Under the pieces are notes generated by a model. It was given only the letters and a program-made list of their open reading frames with translations, searched no databases and was not told the origin of the DNA. This document shows positions 1 to 14,010 of a stretch of 64,000 nt of DNA, in pieces. Origin of the DNA: the human T2T-CHM13v2.0 reference genome, Homo sapiens; the NCBI RefSeq assembly GCF_009914755.1, contig NC_060941.1; one strand, given 5' to 3'. How positions within the stretch are numbered: position 1 is the stretch's first letter; each line of letters opens with the position of its first letter. Both the position numbers and the translations under genes were made by a program.

Positions 1-759
1 TACAAGGGGAACACCAAGATTCCACGGAATCAACAGGGTGGAAGCAGAGCCCGGCCCCAACGGCATTGCAATCTCCAAATGAGACTAGATCAGGTTTGGT
101 TCTCCAGCAACTATGATTAATATCAACTCATGGTGGACAGTTTGACCTACCTCATACCCTGAAGCAAACACCAGGCACACCACTCCCCACAGCAGGGTTT
201 CTCTTACACTTCCCTCCTCACTGGGGGTCCCATGTATAGCGCCTTCCTGCTCCCCATCCCCAGGGTCCTGGACTCCAGAGAGGCTGGAGGAATTGGGGAC
301 TCATGGCTGTGGGCCTCAGCAGGGCCTGGGCAGGAAGGTGAAGCACGGATTTCAGGTGAATAAACAAAGGAGAAGACATAACAAGGGAGGCTCGGAATCT
401 CTGGCCACCGGGAGTCCAGGAGCAGAGAGGGGGAAGGTGAGAAGGAATGTGGCTAGAAAGCCAAGAGGAAAATACTGGGGGGAAGGAACCCACTGGGCAG
501 GCCTTCATGCAGGCAGAGGAGATGTGAGTTCTTGGAATGAAAGGCCAGTGCCACCACAAGACATATGCTGCTCTGAACAGGTGCAGTGACCCCACGGAAA
601 CGCCTGTGGGATGAGGTCTCCAGCTTTGCAGAGCCACCGGGCTTGTGGGGGCGAACTGAGATGAGACCTTTCATAACACCCTTTCACCACCCTGGTGAGA
701 GTCACCCTAACAGGACCAATCCAGGCCTTATGGGCTACTCTTACAAGTAAGTCATATGT

Positions 760-1215
760 GGCAGAGACTTCTAGGCATCTACTCAATATCCATTCCTCGT
801 TTTTTTATGAGTGGGACACTGGGCATTGTACCCAGTTGATGAGTCAATTTCTCAACCTCCCTTGCAGAATGTGTTAGGTGCAACCCCCCTCACCTCCTTC
901 TTTCTGTTAACTGGAATGTGGACATGATGGCCAGCACTCCAGCAGCCATCCTAGACCAAGAAGCAACCTTGAAGATGGTGACTTTTGCCAAGGATGGTGG
1001 AGTGGAAAGATGAGGGAAGGCTGGTCCAGGATGTTCATGGGGCCACCATGCCAATGCTGGCCTGCCTTCATACAGATTGTGTGTGTGTATGTGTGTGTGT
1101 GTGGTGTGTGTGTCTGTGTGTCTGTGTGTAAAAGAAAAATAGCCCCTGAGAGTTTAAGGCATAGTTGTTTGGGGCTTTCTGCTATAGGCAGCCAGCTCAG
1201 TCCTAACTGATCACA
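760..1215 (+). mobile_element. Old MaLR LTR (MLT1J/K-like) containing a (TG)n tract
   Basis: Typical MLT1 motifs: ctggaatgtggacatgatggc...ccagcagccatc; tttaaggc...ggggctttctgctataggcagcc...cctaactgat. Confidence 0.65.
1078..1128. repeat. Imperfect (TG)n microsatellite
   Basis: tgtgtgtgtgtatgtgtgtgtgtgtgg... Confidence 0.9.
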
Positions 1216-1684
1216 CCGTGTGGTTTCTGGAACACCTGCCTCTACTCTTTTCCCTAAACCTCCCCCACCTACTAGTCAATGATGTTTGACATCCTTCAAG
1301 AGGTCTAACCTTTCATTCCATAACCAGAGACAAAAAGTATAAAATCCAAATGTCTGTGATCAGTAATGTCCCCAGAGAAATGTAACACCACTGAAGAACA
1401 TTCTGAATTCACCTGCCACCCGCTGATAAGCAAAACTGACCTAACCCAGGTTTGTTCCCCATTTGATAGGAAGTCAAAGGGTATGAAGCCATATTAAGCA
1501 ACCCAAAGGGAAAGGGGCAGGAGAAATTCCCCAAGGGGGAGAGCGTTTATAAAAAGACAGCCTGGGCAACCCAGGGTCATGCAGCCATCTGTCAGTGCCT
1601 CTTGGTAGAAACACAGCTTTATGCAAATGTGAAAAGGATGGGATATGACTTTTGGTATCAAAGAGATATGGGTTCAAGTGGTAG

Positions 1685-1830
1685 AGCTCTTGTCAGCTAT
1701 GTGACCTGGGGCAAGTTACATAAATGTCGAGCCTTCAGTTTCAGCATCTGAAAAATGGGAATAATAGTAACTACCCAGGGAGGTGTTCTGAGGGTTAGAT
1801 GGGACCAACCTATGACGGTGCTTCATATGC
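1685..1830. mobile_element. MIR fragment
   Basis: MIR core: agctatgtgacctggggcaagtta...cttcagtttcagcatctgaaaaatgggaataatagta. Confidence 0.75.
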
Positions 1831-2619
1831 CATAAGCAACCCTGGCATCATTGCTGTCCTCCTCGTCATCATCATCAACGATAATTATAATCCTGCTTTT
1901 GACCAGGAGGCTCAGAGAGTCTAAGGAACTTGTCCAAGGTCATTAACTAATAAGTGACGAAGTGTAGGTCTCTGTCATACAAGGGTTCGTGTTCCCTCTT
2001 TCATACTTCACTTTGTAGCTTAAACAAGAAATACTGAACTTGGTCTTCTCAAAATCATTTCCCATTTTATAATGAGAAGAATATGACTTTTCCTTCTTCC
2101 CCTACAGGCAAGGTGCAATCCTTGAGGTCTGTGTGCTTTGAAAATTGCAGAGCGGTTTGCATGTAAGATGCCCCATGTCATCCCCCAGGTTTACAGGTAA
2201 ATTCTTTGCAGGAAAGTATTGTGGTCGGCACAGCTATGCAGGCATAGAGTAAATATTCAATAAACATGTGGGCTGAGCCCAAGAGGGCTGTGGTGGGCAG
2301 GACCCAGTGGCACTGACGTGAGGTTTCCTGCTACCTCCAGAATTGAGGCACTGGGCGATCATACGGGGGTGGAGTCAGGAAGCAGGGGGAGGCCCCCAGC
2401 CTTGATAACAGGCCCACTTCCTCTGCCACCCAGCCACATCAAAGCAGGATAAACTGTTTCATTCATTTCCATGGCAACTGGGTCCCTAAGACTTCACGGG
2501 GGGAGGGCCCACCTCCCCACGTCCCTTCTCATTTCTCCCTGTGACTTTACCAGGACCTACCTTCTAAGCTAACACCACTGCAACCCTTACTGCCCCCAGC
2601 ACTGTGAAATCAATTAGGC

Positions 2620-2780
2620 CAACATTAATCCTCACTAACTGCATTGACAGGGAGGCATTGCTATACACCCATTTTACAGATGAGGAAACGGAAGCTCACA
2701 AGCTAAACGTCTTGCTGAAGGCCCACAGTTAGTAAGTAGCAGACCCAGTATTTGCAAGTACAATGGTCTGGTCCCAAGGA
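2620..2780. mobile_element. MIR fragment
   Basis: cccattttacagatgaggaaacggaagctc...gaaggcccacagttagtaagt. Confidence 0.75.
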
Positions 2781-2917
2781 CTAGAAGCCACTAAGTTATT
2801 CAGCCTCTCCTTCAAGCATTCAAGTTCCCTGGCCTCCATCCTAGCTCTTTCTCCACTTAACTGGGGGTGGGAGGGACTCAGGAATTGGGCAGCAGGCCTG
2901 TTGAAAATCATAGGAAA

Positions 2918-3247
<330 letters not shown>

Positions 3248-4547
3248 TCATGTAGAAGGTAATTTTGTTTAACTATCTGTCATTAATTAGGGCTTAGGTT
3301 CTTTAAAATTGAAGGTTAACTGGTGGATGTGAGATAAGTTGCAAGAGATTTTTGTTCAATAGAAAAGATAACCTCAAAGGTTATGGTTTTATTCCCCTCT
3401 GTGATGTTAACTATTTGGTATCTAACTTTGAGTCTTACTCTAGCTTCCATGAGGAGCTCATCTCAGTTTCTTGGATCCTCCTTTAAGCCAGCTCTATCAT
3501 CGTGCTGGTTTCCTCATTAATGAGCGGGCACAGGCTCACTGTATATTTACGTATGTGTGAGGTTTTGGAACTGTTTGAAAATGATTCCCCGAAACGAGGG
3601 AGAGTTGATGGTTTCCTATTTTGGTTCTGCTTTCCCTGGAAGAGGAGAGGTTCCTGCCATGGGTACTTGGCTTGAGCTGCCCTCTTGGGGCATCTGACTT
3701 CTCCTTGGTCACCAGGATATCTGAAGCTTCACATGGTCCCGGGAAGGATGTGGAGGAAAAGGCCATCAGCAGTGAGTGATGGTTCCAAGAGTCCCCCCTG
3801 CTCTGAGGCCAAAGGACCCTCATTCTACTTCCGGCTCCAGCTGCTGCCCTGCCTGGCCCTTGTGCTGCAGGCTTCACATGTTATCATTCCAGGGCCAGGG
3901 CCTCACCACCGCCAGCACCTCCGTGGCACATCTGCTTTCTGTGCTGCCCAGAACGGAGTTTCTACCCAGCCGCCTGCAAAAATATCTCAAGGCATAGCGT
4001 GCATTGAGCTGAGGAGGGACAGCCGGTTCTACTTGAAACTGGGAAGTGGTCTCCCCACAGGTAATCCCCTCCCCCAACCCCACAACTCTCTTATCCTTTT
4101 CAAAATAAAAAAGAATCATTTCGGTCTTTGGTGGAAACCCAACGCCCTGCCAAGACATTTGCATTTTAAATTCTTTCTCTGAGCGTACTCGAAAGGAAGA
4201 AAGGCATTGCCTCCTAGCAAAGGAACTTCAGTCACCAACCAGAAGCTCAGAAGGCATTCTGATCTGTTTGTTTTGGGGGACAGTGGGAGGGAGTGTGGGA
4301 GGGAATGAAGGAGTTTGACCTTAAACTGGCGTGTTCCTTTAGGGTTTGTTCCTTTAACTGGTTTGTTCCTTTCCTTGGGAAGCTGGGTTGGCAAACCCAG
4401 CTTTTACCTTTCAGAGTCCAGCGCCTCCTAAGGGTCTTCCTGATGTCCTAAATCTCCACCCAAGTCTCTACCATGAGGTGAGGACCTTGTTATAGGTAGA
4501 CTTGGGGGTTGGCCATCCCTAGCTGTACTTGCTCTGCTCTTTGTAAT

Positions 4548-4657
4548 GACAGACAGCTGACTGATGGGGGGGCAGGTAGATCAGCTGATTGGGCGAGGCA
4601 CAGACAGGTCAGCTGACTGGGTGGGGCGCAGACAGATCAGGTAACTGGTTGGGTAGG
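4548..4657. repeat. Degenerate ~28-bp minisatellite (~4 units)
   Basis: Units of the form cagacaggtcagctgactgggtggggcg. Confidence 0.7.
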
Positions 4658-5403
4658 AAAGTTATGAACACTTCCAAAGAAATTTACAAGCCAGTCTTGA
4701 GCTTTCTAGGGTCCATAAGTTGTTGGGGAATAAGATTTGGTACTTCTGTTCTGTGTGTGTTTAATGTGTAAGGTGAGAATTAAACGCTGCCAGTACTAAA
4801 CAGGACCTGGTGCATGTATACATTAGAAAGAGAGAAAACAAAAATGGGATTATAACATACTTAGTATTGGGGGGACTGCTTTTTCGCTCAACTAGTTATT
4901 CAACATCTTTTGAGCTCAGTAACTATTTCTACAATATCATTTTTAATAATTGAATATCATTCCACCAAATGACTTTGCCGCAGTATACTCAACCATGTTC
5001 AATATTTAGGTTTTTTGGCATTGGTTGATTATTAGCAAGGATGCGTTGATGAACGTCTTTGTTTTGTAGCTACATCTTTGTACATCCATAGGGATTCATC
5101 AGGATAAAATTGAGGAATGGAATTGCTGGGTGAAAGGGTATGCTTTCTGATGCTTTAGCAAACACAGCCCCCCATTCCTCACCAGCGCTGGCATTTTTGT
5201 TCTTTCTTTTTAATTTTTGCCAATTTGATAGGGGGGGAAGAAGAGTCTTGCTCTTTAGTTTTGCATTTTCTTTATGAGTAGTGAGGGTGAATATTTTGGG
5301 GGGTTCTTTTTGATGTACTTGAATCATATTTATTCATATTTCCATAAGTGTATTTGCCTATTTCTTAATGGACTAAAAAAAAAACCTCTTCATGGGTTTG
5401 ATA

Positions 5404-5409
<6 letters not shown>

Positions 5410-5435
<26 letters not shown>

Positions 5436-5711
5436 AGATGGAGTCTCGCTTTGTCTGCAGGCTGGAGTGCAATGGCACGATCTTGACTCACTGCAACCTC
5501 TGCCTCCCAGGTTCAAGCGATTCTCTGCCTCAGCCTCCCGAGTAGCTGGGACTACAGGTGTATGCCACCACGCCCAAATAATTTTTGTATTTTTAGTAGA
5601 GACGGGTTTCACCATGTTGGCCAGGATGGTCTCGATCTCCAGACCTCATGATCTGCCCACCTCGGCCTCCCAAAATGCTGGGATTACAGGTCTGAGCCAC
5701 AGCACTTGGCC
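5410..5711 (-). mobile_element. AluS (Sc-like)
   Basis: Poly(T) followed by an antisense Alu body. TSD tgatatattaattttt on both sides. Confidence 0.95.
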
Positions 5712-6006
5712 TGATATATTAATTTTTATTGCAAATATTTTTCTCAGTTTGTCATTTACCTTTCACTCAAAGTGGGCTTGCCATATGAAAAGCTTTAAAT
5801 TTTATGCTTTCATATCTGTTAGTCTTTTCCTTTATAATTTTTGCCCTGGGGAATATGTTTGGCAGCTCTTCTCCACTCCAGGCTAATACAACCTATTTTT
5901 CTTCTGTAGTTTTTGTGGTCTTGTCTTCTACACCTAAACCTTTAATGTATCTAAAAGTTATTTTTATGTTTGCATTAGAACTCTTAATTTTATTTTTTAG
6001 ATAGAA

Positions 6007-6308
<302 letters not shown>

Positions 6309-7936
6309 TAGATAGTCTTCTAACTCAATATTTTTTATGGTCTACCAATTATCCTGATATCATCTATGAAATGACTGATTTTTTCATCAGTAATTTGAGG
6401 ATGCCACTTTGTCATATAATATAATTTTGTATATTTAATATATTTCTAGATATTACATCTTCTTCCATTATCTATCTATTCTTATACCCATAGTGTACTA
6501 TTTTAATAACTATAGCCCTATAGTACCTTCAAAAAATGGAAATATTTCCTTCTTACTCTCCTTTAAAAATACATGAATGAATATATACTAAGTGCATAAA
6601 TAAATCTTTCAAATAGATTTTTTTATTTTCTTTATATATAAATTTATTTATTTGTAAAATATTTATATATTATGTTTTTTAGTTTACATATATTTTATAA
6701 ATTTTAAAAATATCTTGGTATTTTGATTGTGGTTACGTTTACTTTCCTAACACCTGGTCTCGTTACAATATTGATTCAACCCAGCAATACGATTCTTCAA
6801 TTATTCATTCTTCAGCAAAGTTTGTTTTCTCTATATAGGTTATTAAAATTTCTTTTATTTTTTATTTTTAATTGCTATTGTAAATTTTTTAAAATTATGT
6901 TTTCTCACTGGTTAATGCTGGTTTATAAAAAAAGCTCTTAGCTACCTGTTTTCTAGTTCTGACAATTCTTTGTTCAGGGGATTCTCTCAGTCTCGACAGA
7001 AAACCAATTGTTTGAGCTCCAACTAATTAAAATTTCTCTTCTTCAGAAGAGAAAGTATTCTTTATTTTTGTCTTTTTGCATAGGCAAATACCTATAAGCC
7101 AAAAGAGGAAGATTATTGGCTCTAAAGAACATGCCTCTAGTATTTTACCTTGGGCTGTTGCCATATTAAAAGCACTTCTAGAGTAATCGTTTCCATATAT
7201 TGAGGGGTTTTGAATATCAGGAATGATGATGAATTTTATGAAATATTTTAGAGGCATCTATTGAGATGCTTTTGCGAATTTATTCCTTTGAGTACTGATT
7301 CGCTGAGCCGCTTCTCAGTAAATCACACTTGCTAAGTTTTCTCCTGCACTACTGTAGCTTCCTTAGACCTGATTTGCATGTCTATGACAGCACCTGCAAT
7401 TTCTGAAGAATTCTTACTTTTCAGACCCCACACATGAAAACTGAGTCCCGGGTCTTGTCCACATTTGTCACAGTGGTCATTGTTCCTAGTACCAGCCACC
7501 TTCCCCAACCCAAACTGCATCAACCCACACACACAATTACCTACTTGTTCCTGGGGCACAGAGAACATGCAAAGCCCTCTTGTCAGCATCCTGGGGGCTT
7601 CTCTGTCTGATCTGGGTAGCCTTGGAGACCCCTTGACTAACCAGATCAGAGGCACAGGCCAAGGTGGGGTCTCCTTGCCCTGAGTGCCTGCTCCTACTTC
7701 CCCTAACAATCCCTCCTCGAGTTACCTCCCATATTTACTTTCATCTTGTGTGGATTCAACCATCAGATGCTTGATGGTGCTGTGAAGAGGAGACTCCATG
7801 TTTGTGAACCAAGGCGTTGGCAGAGATGAATCAAAGGATGCAAGGTAAGGAGGGTCACAAAAAACAGTTTCAGAGGAGTTGGAAGCATTCTGACCTTCTG
7901 AGCCCTGTCCCCCGTGCCAGCTGCCTCAGTGCTTAC

Positions 7937-8075
7937 CTGGGGCCTTGAGTTCAGCATCAATGAAGGTGAGCAGCTCCTGGCAGATGCTGCAGTAAGGAAC
8001 AGGCCAGGTCAGGAACCGGTGGTAGGTGCTGGCTGCCTTCAGAAGGAGATCCGAGTCTGGTGGGAAGTGTGGTGT
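7937..8075 (-). CDS. PIK3R5: PIK3R5 fourth coding exon (139 nt, aa 92-137 plus 1 nt)
   Basis: Acceptor ctccatcctag|ACA and donor CCAG|gtaagc. Encodes [46 protein letters not shown](G). Confidence 0.96.
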
Positions 8076-8828
8076 CTAGGATGGAGGCAGGCAACAAGCA
8101 AAGAGATCTAGGTGAGAAAAGGCTCAGATAGTCCCAGACAGCTTCTGCTCCCTTTCTGGAATATTCCACAAAAGACACACATTTCCTGGCCGCAGCGTGT
8201 CCCAGGACAAGGTCAGGTGGAACTGGAAGTTACTCACAGGGAGTGGGTTACAGATGGGCAAGATGGCACCCAGGGTGTCTCTACTGGGAGGGACTTGCTT
8301 TACCCAATGCTTGAGTGAGCCTCTCTGAAAGGCTGTCCCCTTACTGGTAAATGGTGCCATTGCTGACACTTGTTATGGATAATGGTCTTCAATGCCTAAA
8401 CCACCTTTACTTAAATAGCCTCATTACAGGTAAATGTTTATTTTTTGAGGATGGATTCAGTCAGTGTACACATTTGATGCCCCCCTGTCTGGTGAATACA
8501 GGGGGTGATCACATTGGGTGAAACCGACTACTGGGGTGAAAAATGAGGTGGACATAGAATATCTCTTGTGGCCTGTGAACAGACAGTGACAGCAGTTCCA
8601 ACATGGGAGCCCAGAGATGCCAGGCACCATGGCGGCCACATGGAGTCACCAGAAGCCTCTCATGGTGGCTGCTCTGAAGCCATCTAAGGGTTGAAACCCA
8701 TTTCACATGCCGCTGCTTGACAGTTTCTCTCTCTGCTTATCTCCAGAGGTGTGAGGGCTCTGCCCCAGATAGAGGTCGCTCCTCCCCCTCCTCCCTCACC
8801 TCCAGCATCCTGGCCCACGTGGACTTAC

Positions 8829-8897
8829 ACAAAGAACAGTGGAATAGAAGAGCAGGGCCAGCGGGGTGAGCAGGTCGTAGGTGCCCTTCTCCTGGAC
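8829..8897 (-). CDS. PIK3R5: PIK3R5 third coding exon (69 nt, aa 69-91)
   Basis: Acceptor ctcctctccacag|GTC and donor TGT|gtaagt. Encodes [23 protein letters not shown]; phase 0-0. Confidence 0.96.
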
Positions 8898-9144
8898 CTG
8901 TGGAGAGGAGGAGAAGGGGAATGAGCCTCATTCACGGGGTCCAGGGCTCCCTGAGGCAGAATACAGTGGTTCTTCCTCATTCTAGCCTTTCTTTTTTTTT
9001 TTTTTTTAGGGGAAAATAGTGCAATCACATGACAAACATTTGGAAAATGGATGTAAACGAAAACACTTACAATTTCCCCTCCCAAACCCAACCACAGCTG
9101 TTTCAATGTCCCTCTTCTGATGCCATTTTTGCCCTATGTATTTT

Positions 9145-9434
9145 CTTTTCTTTGTTTTTAAATTTTATTTTAAGTTCTGGGATACATGTGCAGAACGGGC
9201 AGGTTTGTTACATAGGTATACATGTGCCATGGTGGTTTGCTGCACCCATCAACCTGTCATCTAGGTTTTAAGCCCCACATGCATTAGGTATTTGTCCTAA
9301 TGCTCTCCCTCCCCTTGTCCCCCATCCCCGACAGGCCCCGGTGTGTGATGTCCCCTCCCTGTGTCCATGTGTTCTCATTGTTCAAATCCCACTTATGAGT
9401 GAGAACATGCGGTGTTTGGTTTTCTGTTCCTGTG
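9145..9434 (-). mobile_element. L1PA (PA7/8-like) 3' end, 5'-truncated
   Basis: ttttaagttctgggatacatgtgcagaac...cccacttatgagtgagaacatgcggtgtttggttttctgttcc. Confidence 0.9.
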
Positions 9435-9760
9435 TCTGCGAAGCTATAAGCTGTGTGTATATTTTTACTCCTAACGTATTTTACATATAGTATTATAAGT
9501 AAATTTCTGTTTTACTATACGGTCTCTAAGACCACCTTTTTTCCCTTCTGGTTATACATTTACCTGTTATTTGTGTTATAAATATTTTTTTCCAGTTGGT
9601 TGTTTGCCTTTTAATTTTATAAATATTTTTGATGTACAGAAATTACAGGTGTTGATTTTTCCTTCATGGATTTTTGCTTTTGCATGCAAGGATCATGTAA
9701 ATATTCATATATACTTTCTTATCTTCTTTGAAGCTTCGTTTTCTGAAATTGAAATATTTA

Positions 9761-9966
9761 GTCTGGGCCCAGTGGCTCATGCTTGTAATCTCAACACTTT
9801 GGGAGGCCGAGGCAGGTGGATCACTTGAGGCCAGGAGTTCGAGACCAGCCTGACCAACATGGCAAAACCCCATCTGTACTAAAAATACAAAAATTAGCTG
9901 GGCACAGTGGCGCACACCTGTAATCCCAACTACTCGGGAGGCTGAGACTCTGTCTCCAAAAAAAAA
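9761..9966 (+). mobile_element. AluS with an internal deletion of most of the right arm
   Basis: ...gggaggctgag|actctgtctc-poly(A). TSD gaaatatttag(t) at 9751 and 9970. Confidence 0.92.
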
Positions 9967-10178
9967 GGAGAAATATTTAGTGCAACTAGAATTTCACCTG
10001 CTATATGGTGTCAGTTGGGGATCTCACTCTATCTTTTTCCAAATGTTTAGTCAATTTTCCCTAAGCCATTTAATAAATCTTATGATGTAATTGTATCATA
10101 TATTAAATTTTATTTATGCCCTTGGATAATATCCATCATTTTTAGCTGCATTATACTCCTTCTGGTAGACCTCCATAA

Positions 10179-10489
<311 letters not shown>

Positions 10490-10814
10490 ATCTTATTAGT
10501 TTCATTGTGGACATTCAAGATTATTTTCTTGGTATTTTACATATTTTGCAATGAACACTACTATGCAGCACATTCCTTTTTCCATAATTTGGATTATTAA
10601 TCTAGAAAGGAGTTCAAGAAGTGGAGTCAACAGATCAAAGATTATCAACATGTTTATAGACTTTTATGACCTTTGAGACATATTGTCATATTGCTTTCCA
10701 AAAGGATTTTGCCATTTATACTATCTATATATATAAAAGTACGATTTTCACCATGCTTTTCCTGCATTGGTTTTTATCTTTTTTTAACAAAAAAAAAAAA
10801 AAAGAGAGAGAGAG

Positions 10815-11097
10815 AGAGAAATAGGGTCTTGCTCTGTCGCACAGGCTGGAGTGCAGTGGCACGATCTTGGCTCACTGCAGCCTTGACCTCCTGGGCTCAA
10901 GCAATCCTGCCTCAGCCTCCCAAGTAGCTGAGATTACAGGTGTGCACCACCACAACTGGCTAGTTTTTGTATTTTTTTGTAGAGACGAGGTCTTGCTATG
11001 TTGCCCAGGCTGGTCTTGAACTCCTGGGCTCAAGGATTTCTCCCACCTGAGTCTCTCAAAGTGCTTAGATTACAGGCACAAGCCACTGTACCTGGCC
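10815..11097 (-). mobile_element. AluJ
   Basis: J diagnostics cactgcagccttgacctcctgggctcaagc and cttgctatgttgcccagg. Confidence 0.92.
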
Positions 11098-11687
11098 TTA
11101 CCTTTTGTTTTTTAGCTAATTTGTTAGGCAAAGTTTGTCTCATTATGGTTTTAATTTGCATTTATTTTAGTATCGCTTTTTCATATTTGTTTACAACTTC
11201 TATTTCTCCTTTTGTGAACTGCCTCTCTGATACAACCTACCACACCACATGCACACATGTGCACACCACATGATTTAGAATTCATTGGTCAGAAGGTTTC
11301 TCGGTCCATTTTGGAACTCATGGGGGTTGGAGATACAGAGAAAGCCCCATCATGTCTTCTCTGCTAGATGAGCCCAGTAGGCTCAAATTTAGAATCTTCC
11401 TTCTCTTTATCCTTAATAGACAATGTGTCTACCAAGCCTTGCAGATCAGACCTTTCTATGAAACCCTCCTCTTTTGCTACACGGTGATCCAGACTTTCCA
11501 TTTGGGTTTATATGTTATGCGCTCCAGAGGTGGTTCAGCTCTTCTGAGCTGGTTGGCTTATGATGAAGGAAAAAACTACCAGGTAAATAGTGGGGCCAGA
11601 ACTGTAACCTTGGGCATCTTCTTACAGGGATAGGTAGCCGAGAGTGAAAGTGACATGTTTTCCAAATCACATGTATTTAAAATAATT

Positions 11688-11689
<2 letters not shown>

Positions 11690-11738
<49 letters not shown>
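11690..11738. repeat. (CA)n microsatellite, ~24 perfect units
   Basis: Uninterrupted acacac run. Confidence 0.97.
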
Positions 11739-11740
<2 letters not shown>

Positions 11741-12228
11741 CCATAAAAGAGAATTCTTTACAAAAGAGCCCAAATCCTCTTTTGGGACTCACAGCTATTC
11801 TGGAACCCAAGCCCAGCTCAGCACTAAACCCATTCCTCTTCTTTGTCATGAAGCCATTGACTGAACTAAGAGAGGAGGCCTCAGTTTACCTTTCCGATCA
11901 GTTTTCTCTTTCCTGTCTTTGTTTTTATGGATCTTTTTGAGGAAAGGAATTGGGTAAAGTGTCTTCTCCCTTCCTAGTCTATATCTGGACTTATAAGCCA
12001 TGTCTGTAGCTGAACTCAGGACCCTAGCTCGCGTATGATGTGTTCTTACTGAATGCACCCCCTTCTTAGAAACCTCTCATATGCAAGTGCTACCGAAACA
12101 CAAAACTCACAGGTTCCCAGGGCCTTTGCCCAGCCCCTCTGGAGGTCCAGGCACCCAGGAATGATGTTCTCTGGGACCTATTTCTCCACTCTACGAGGCC
12201 GACCCCAGATCTGCCCTTCAATTCCTGA

Positions 12229-12752
<524 letters not shown>

Positions 12753-13579
12753 TGGAACACTCCTTTCTAAAGTAAGTGAATCTAGGAGAAGATGCTGGAT
12801 CAACACTCAACCCTACCATGCCCCATCAAGACATAATGACAAATTCCCTGTTCCTGCATATGCAAGAGACACAGGGATTGGAGATGCAGGCTGGGAAGCC
12901 CTTTAGAGGACAATGAGCTCACTATGACTCCGCTCCCTGTGGAAGCACCAGTTCTCCCACAACCTCTCCTGCCCTGGTTTCCTACAGTGGGTTCTGGTAC
13001 CTATGAGTTGCAGGGAGGTTAGAACAGAGGCAGAAATTGCTGGAAGAATACAGAGAGGAGCCACGGTGAGTTCCATCCCAAGACGCAAGACTGAGTCTAC
13101 AGCAGCCATGGAGCTTCCCAGGAATGGCAATGGAGCCCAGGAAGGGGAAGCTAAACGAGTTCTATTTTAAAAGCTGCCATGAGCACTTTGTCACTCTGTA
13201 ACTTCCCCAGACTTTCTTATTTTGTCAGTCTCTGTTTCCCTGCAGTCAGCAAGGGTAAACCCCTAAAAATTAAAGCGACAGCCTGGGGCAGAGGAGCAGG
13301 GAGGGGCTGTGTGTATGTGTGTGTGGAGTGGGGAGTGAGAGCCGCAGGAGTGGAAATGGATTGAACTTGAACTTCGTGGAGCTCAAGCTCCAGGACCTCT
13401 CACGTGTACAGGCTCCTTCCAAAGTTCTAGAGGCTTCTAACAATGTGTCCATGTGGTCACAGGTTGTCAGAAAATTTGCAAAGGTCAGATATTTTTATAT
13501 TCTTTTGCTTAACGATAGCCCTCTCCCCAGCCCTATGAGCTTAGCCTCCATCAAAACCTGGGTAGCAGGCAAGAAAGAA

Positions 13580-13810
13580 AACTACCATTTATTGACCACC
13601 TACTATGTGCCAATACAGTGCTAGGCCTCTGAATACATTATCTTCATTGAGGATCCCACTGTCCCTTCAGAAAAGTGGTTCCATTGTTATTATTCCCATT
13701 TTGCAGACAAGGCAAGTAGAGCCAGGGTCCTGGGAGGATAAGTGGCCTGCGCAGGGTTGTAAAGCCAATGGGAGATAGCTTTAATCCAGGTCTGTCTCAT
13801 TCCAAAGGCC
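13580..13810. mobile_element. MIR
   Basis: catttattgaccacctactatgtgcc...attcccattttgcagacaagg...tccaggtctgtctcattccaaag. Confidence 0.7.
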
Positions 13811-13821
13811 AAGGACAGCCT

Positions 13822-14010
13822 CTCAGAGGAAGCGACATTTGAGCTGAGACCTGGATGAGAAGGAGCCAGCTATGTGTACTTCCCAGGGAAGAGTTCCAGG
13901 CAGCAGGTGCAAAGGTGCTGAGGTACGGAGGGACCAGGTATGTTCAAGGAGCACTGGGTGGCTACTCACGGAGAAGTTAGGGAGGCCAGTGAGATATGGG
14001 GCATGAGAAA
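13822..14010. mobile_element. L2 fragment
   Basis: gacatttgagctgagacctggatgagaaggagccagc...ccaggcagcaggtgcaaagg. Confidence 0.7.
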
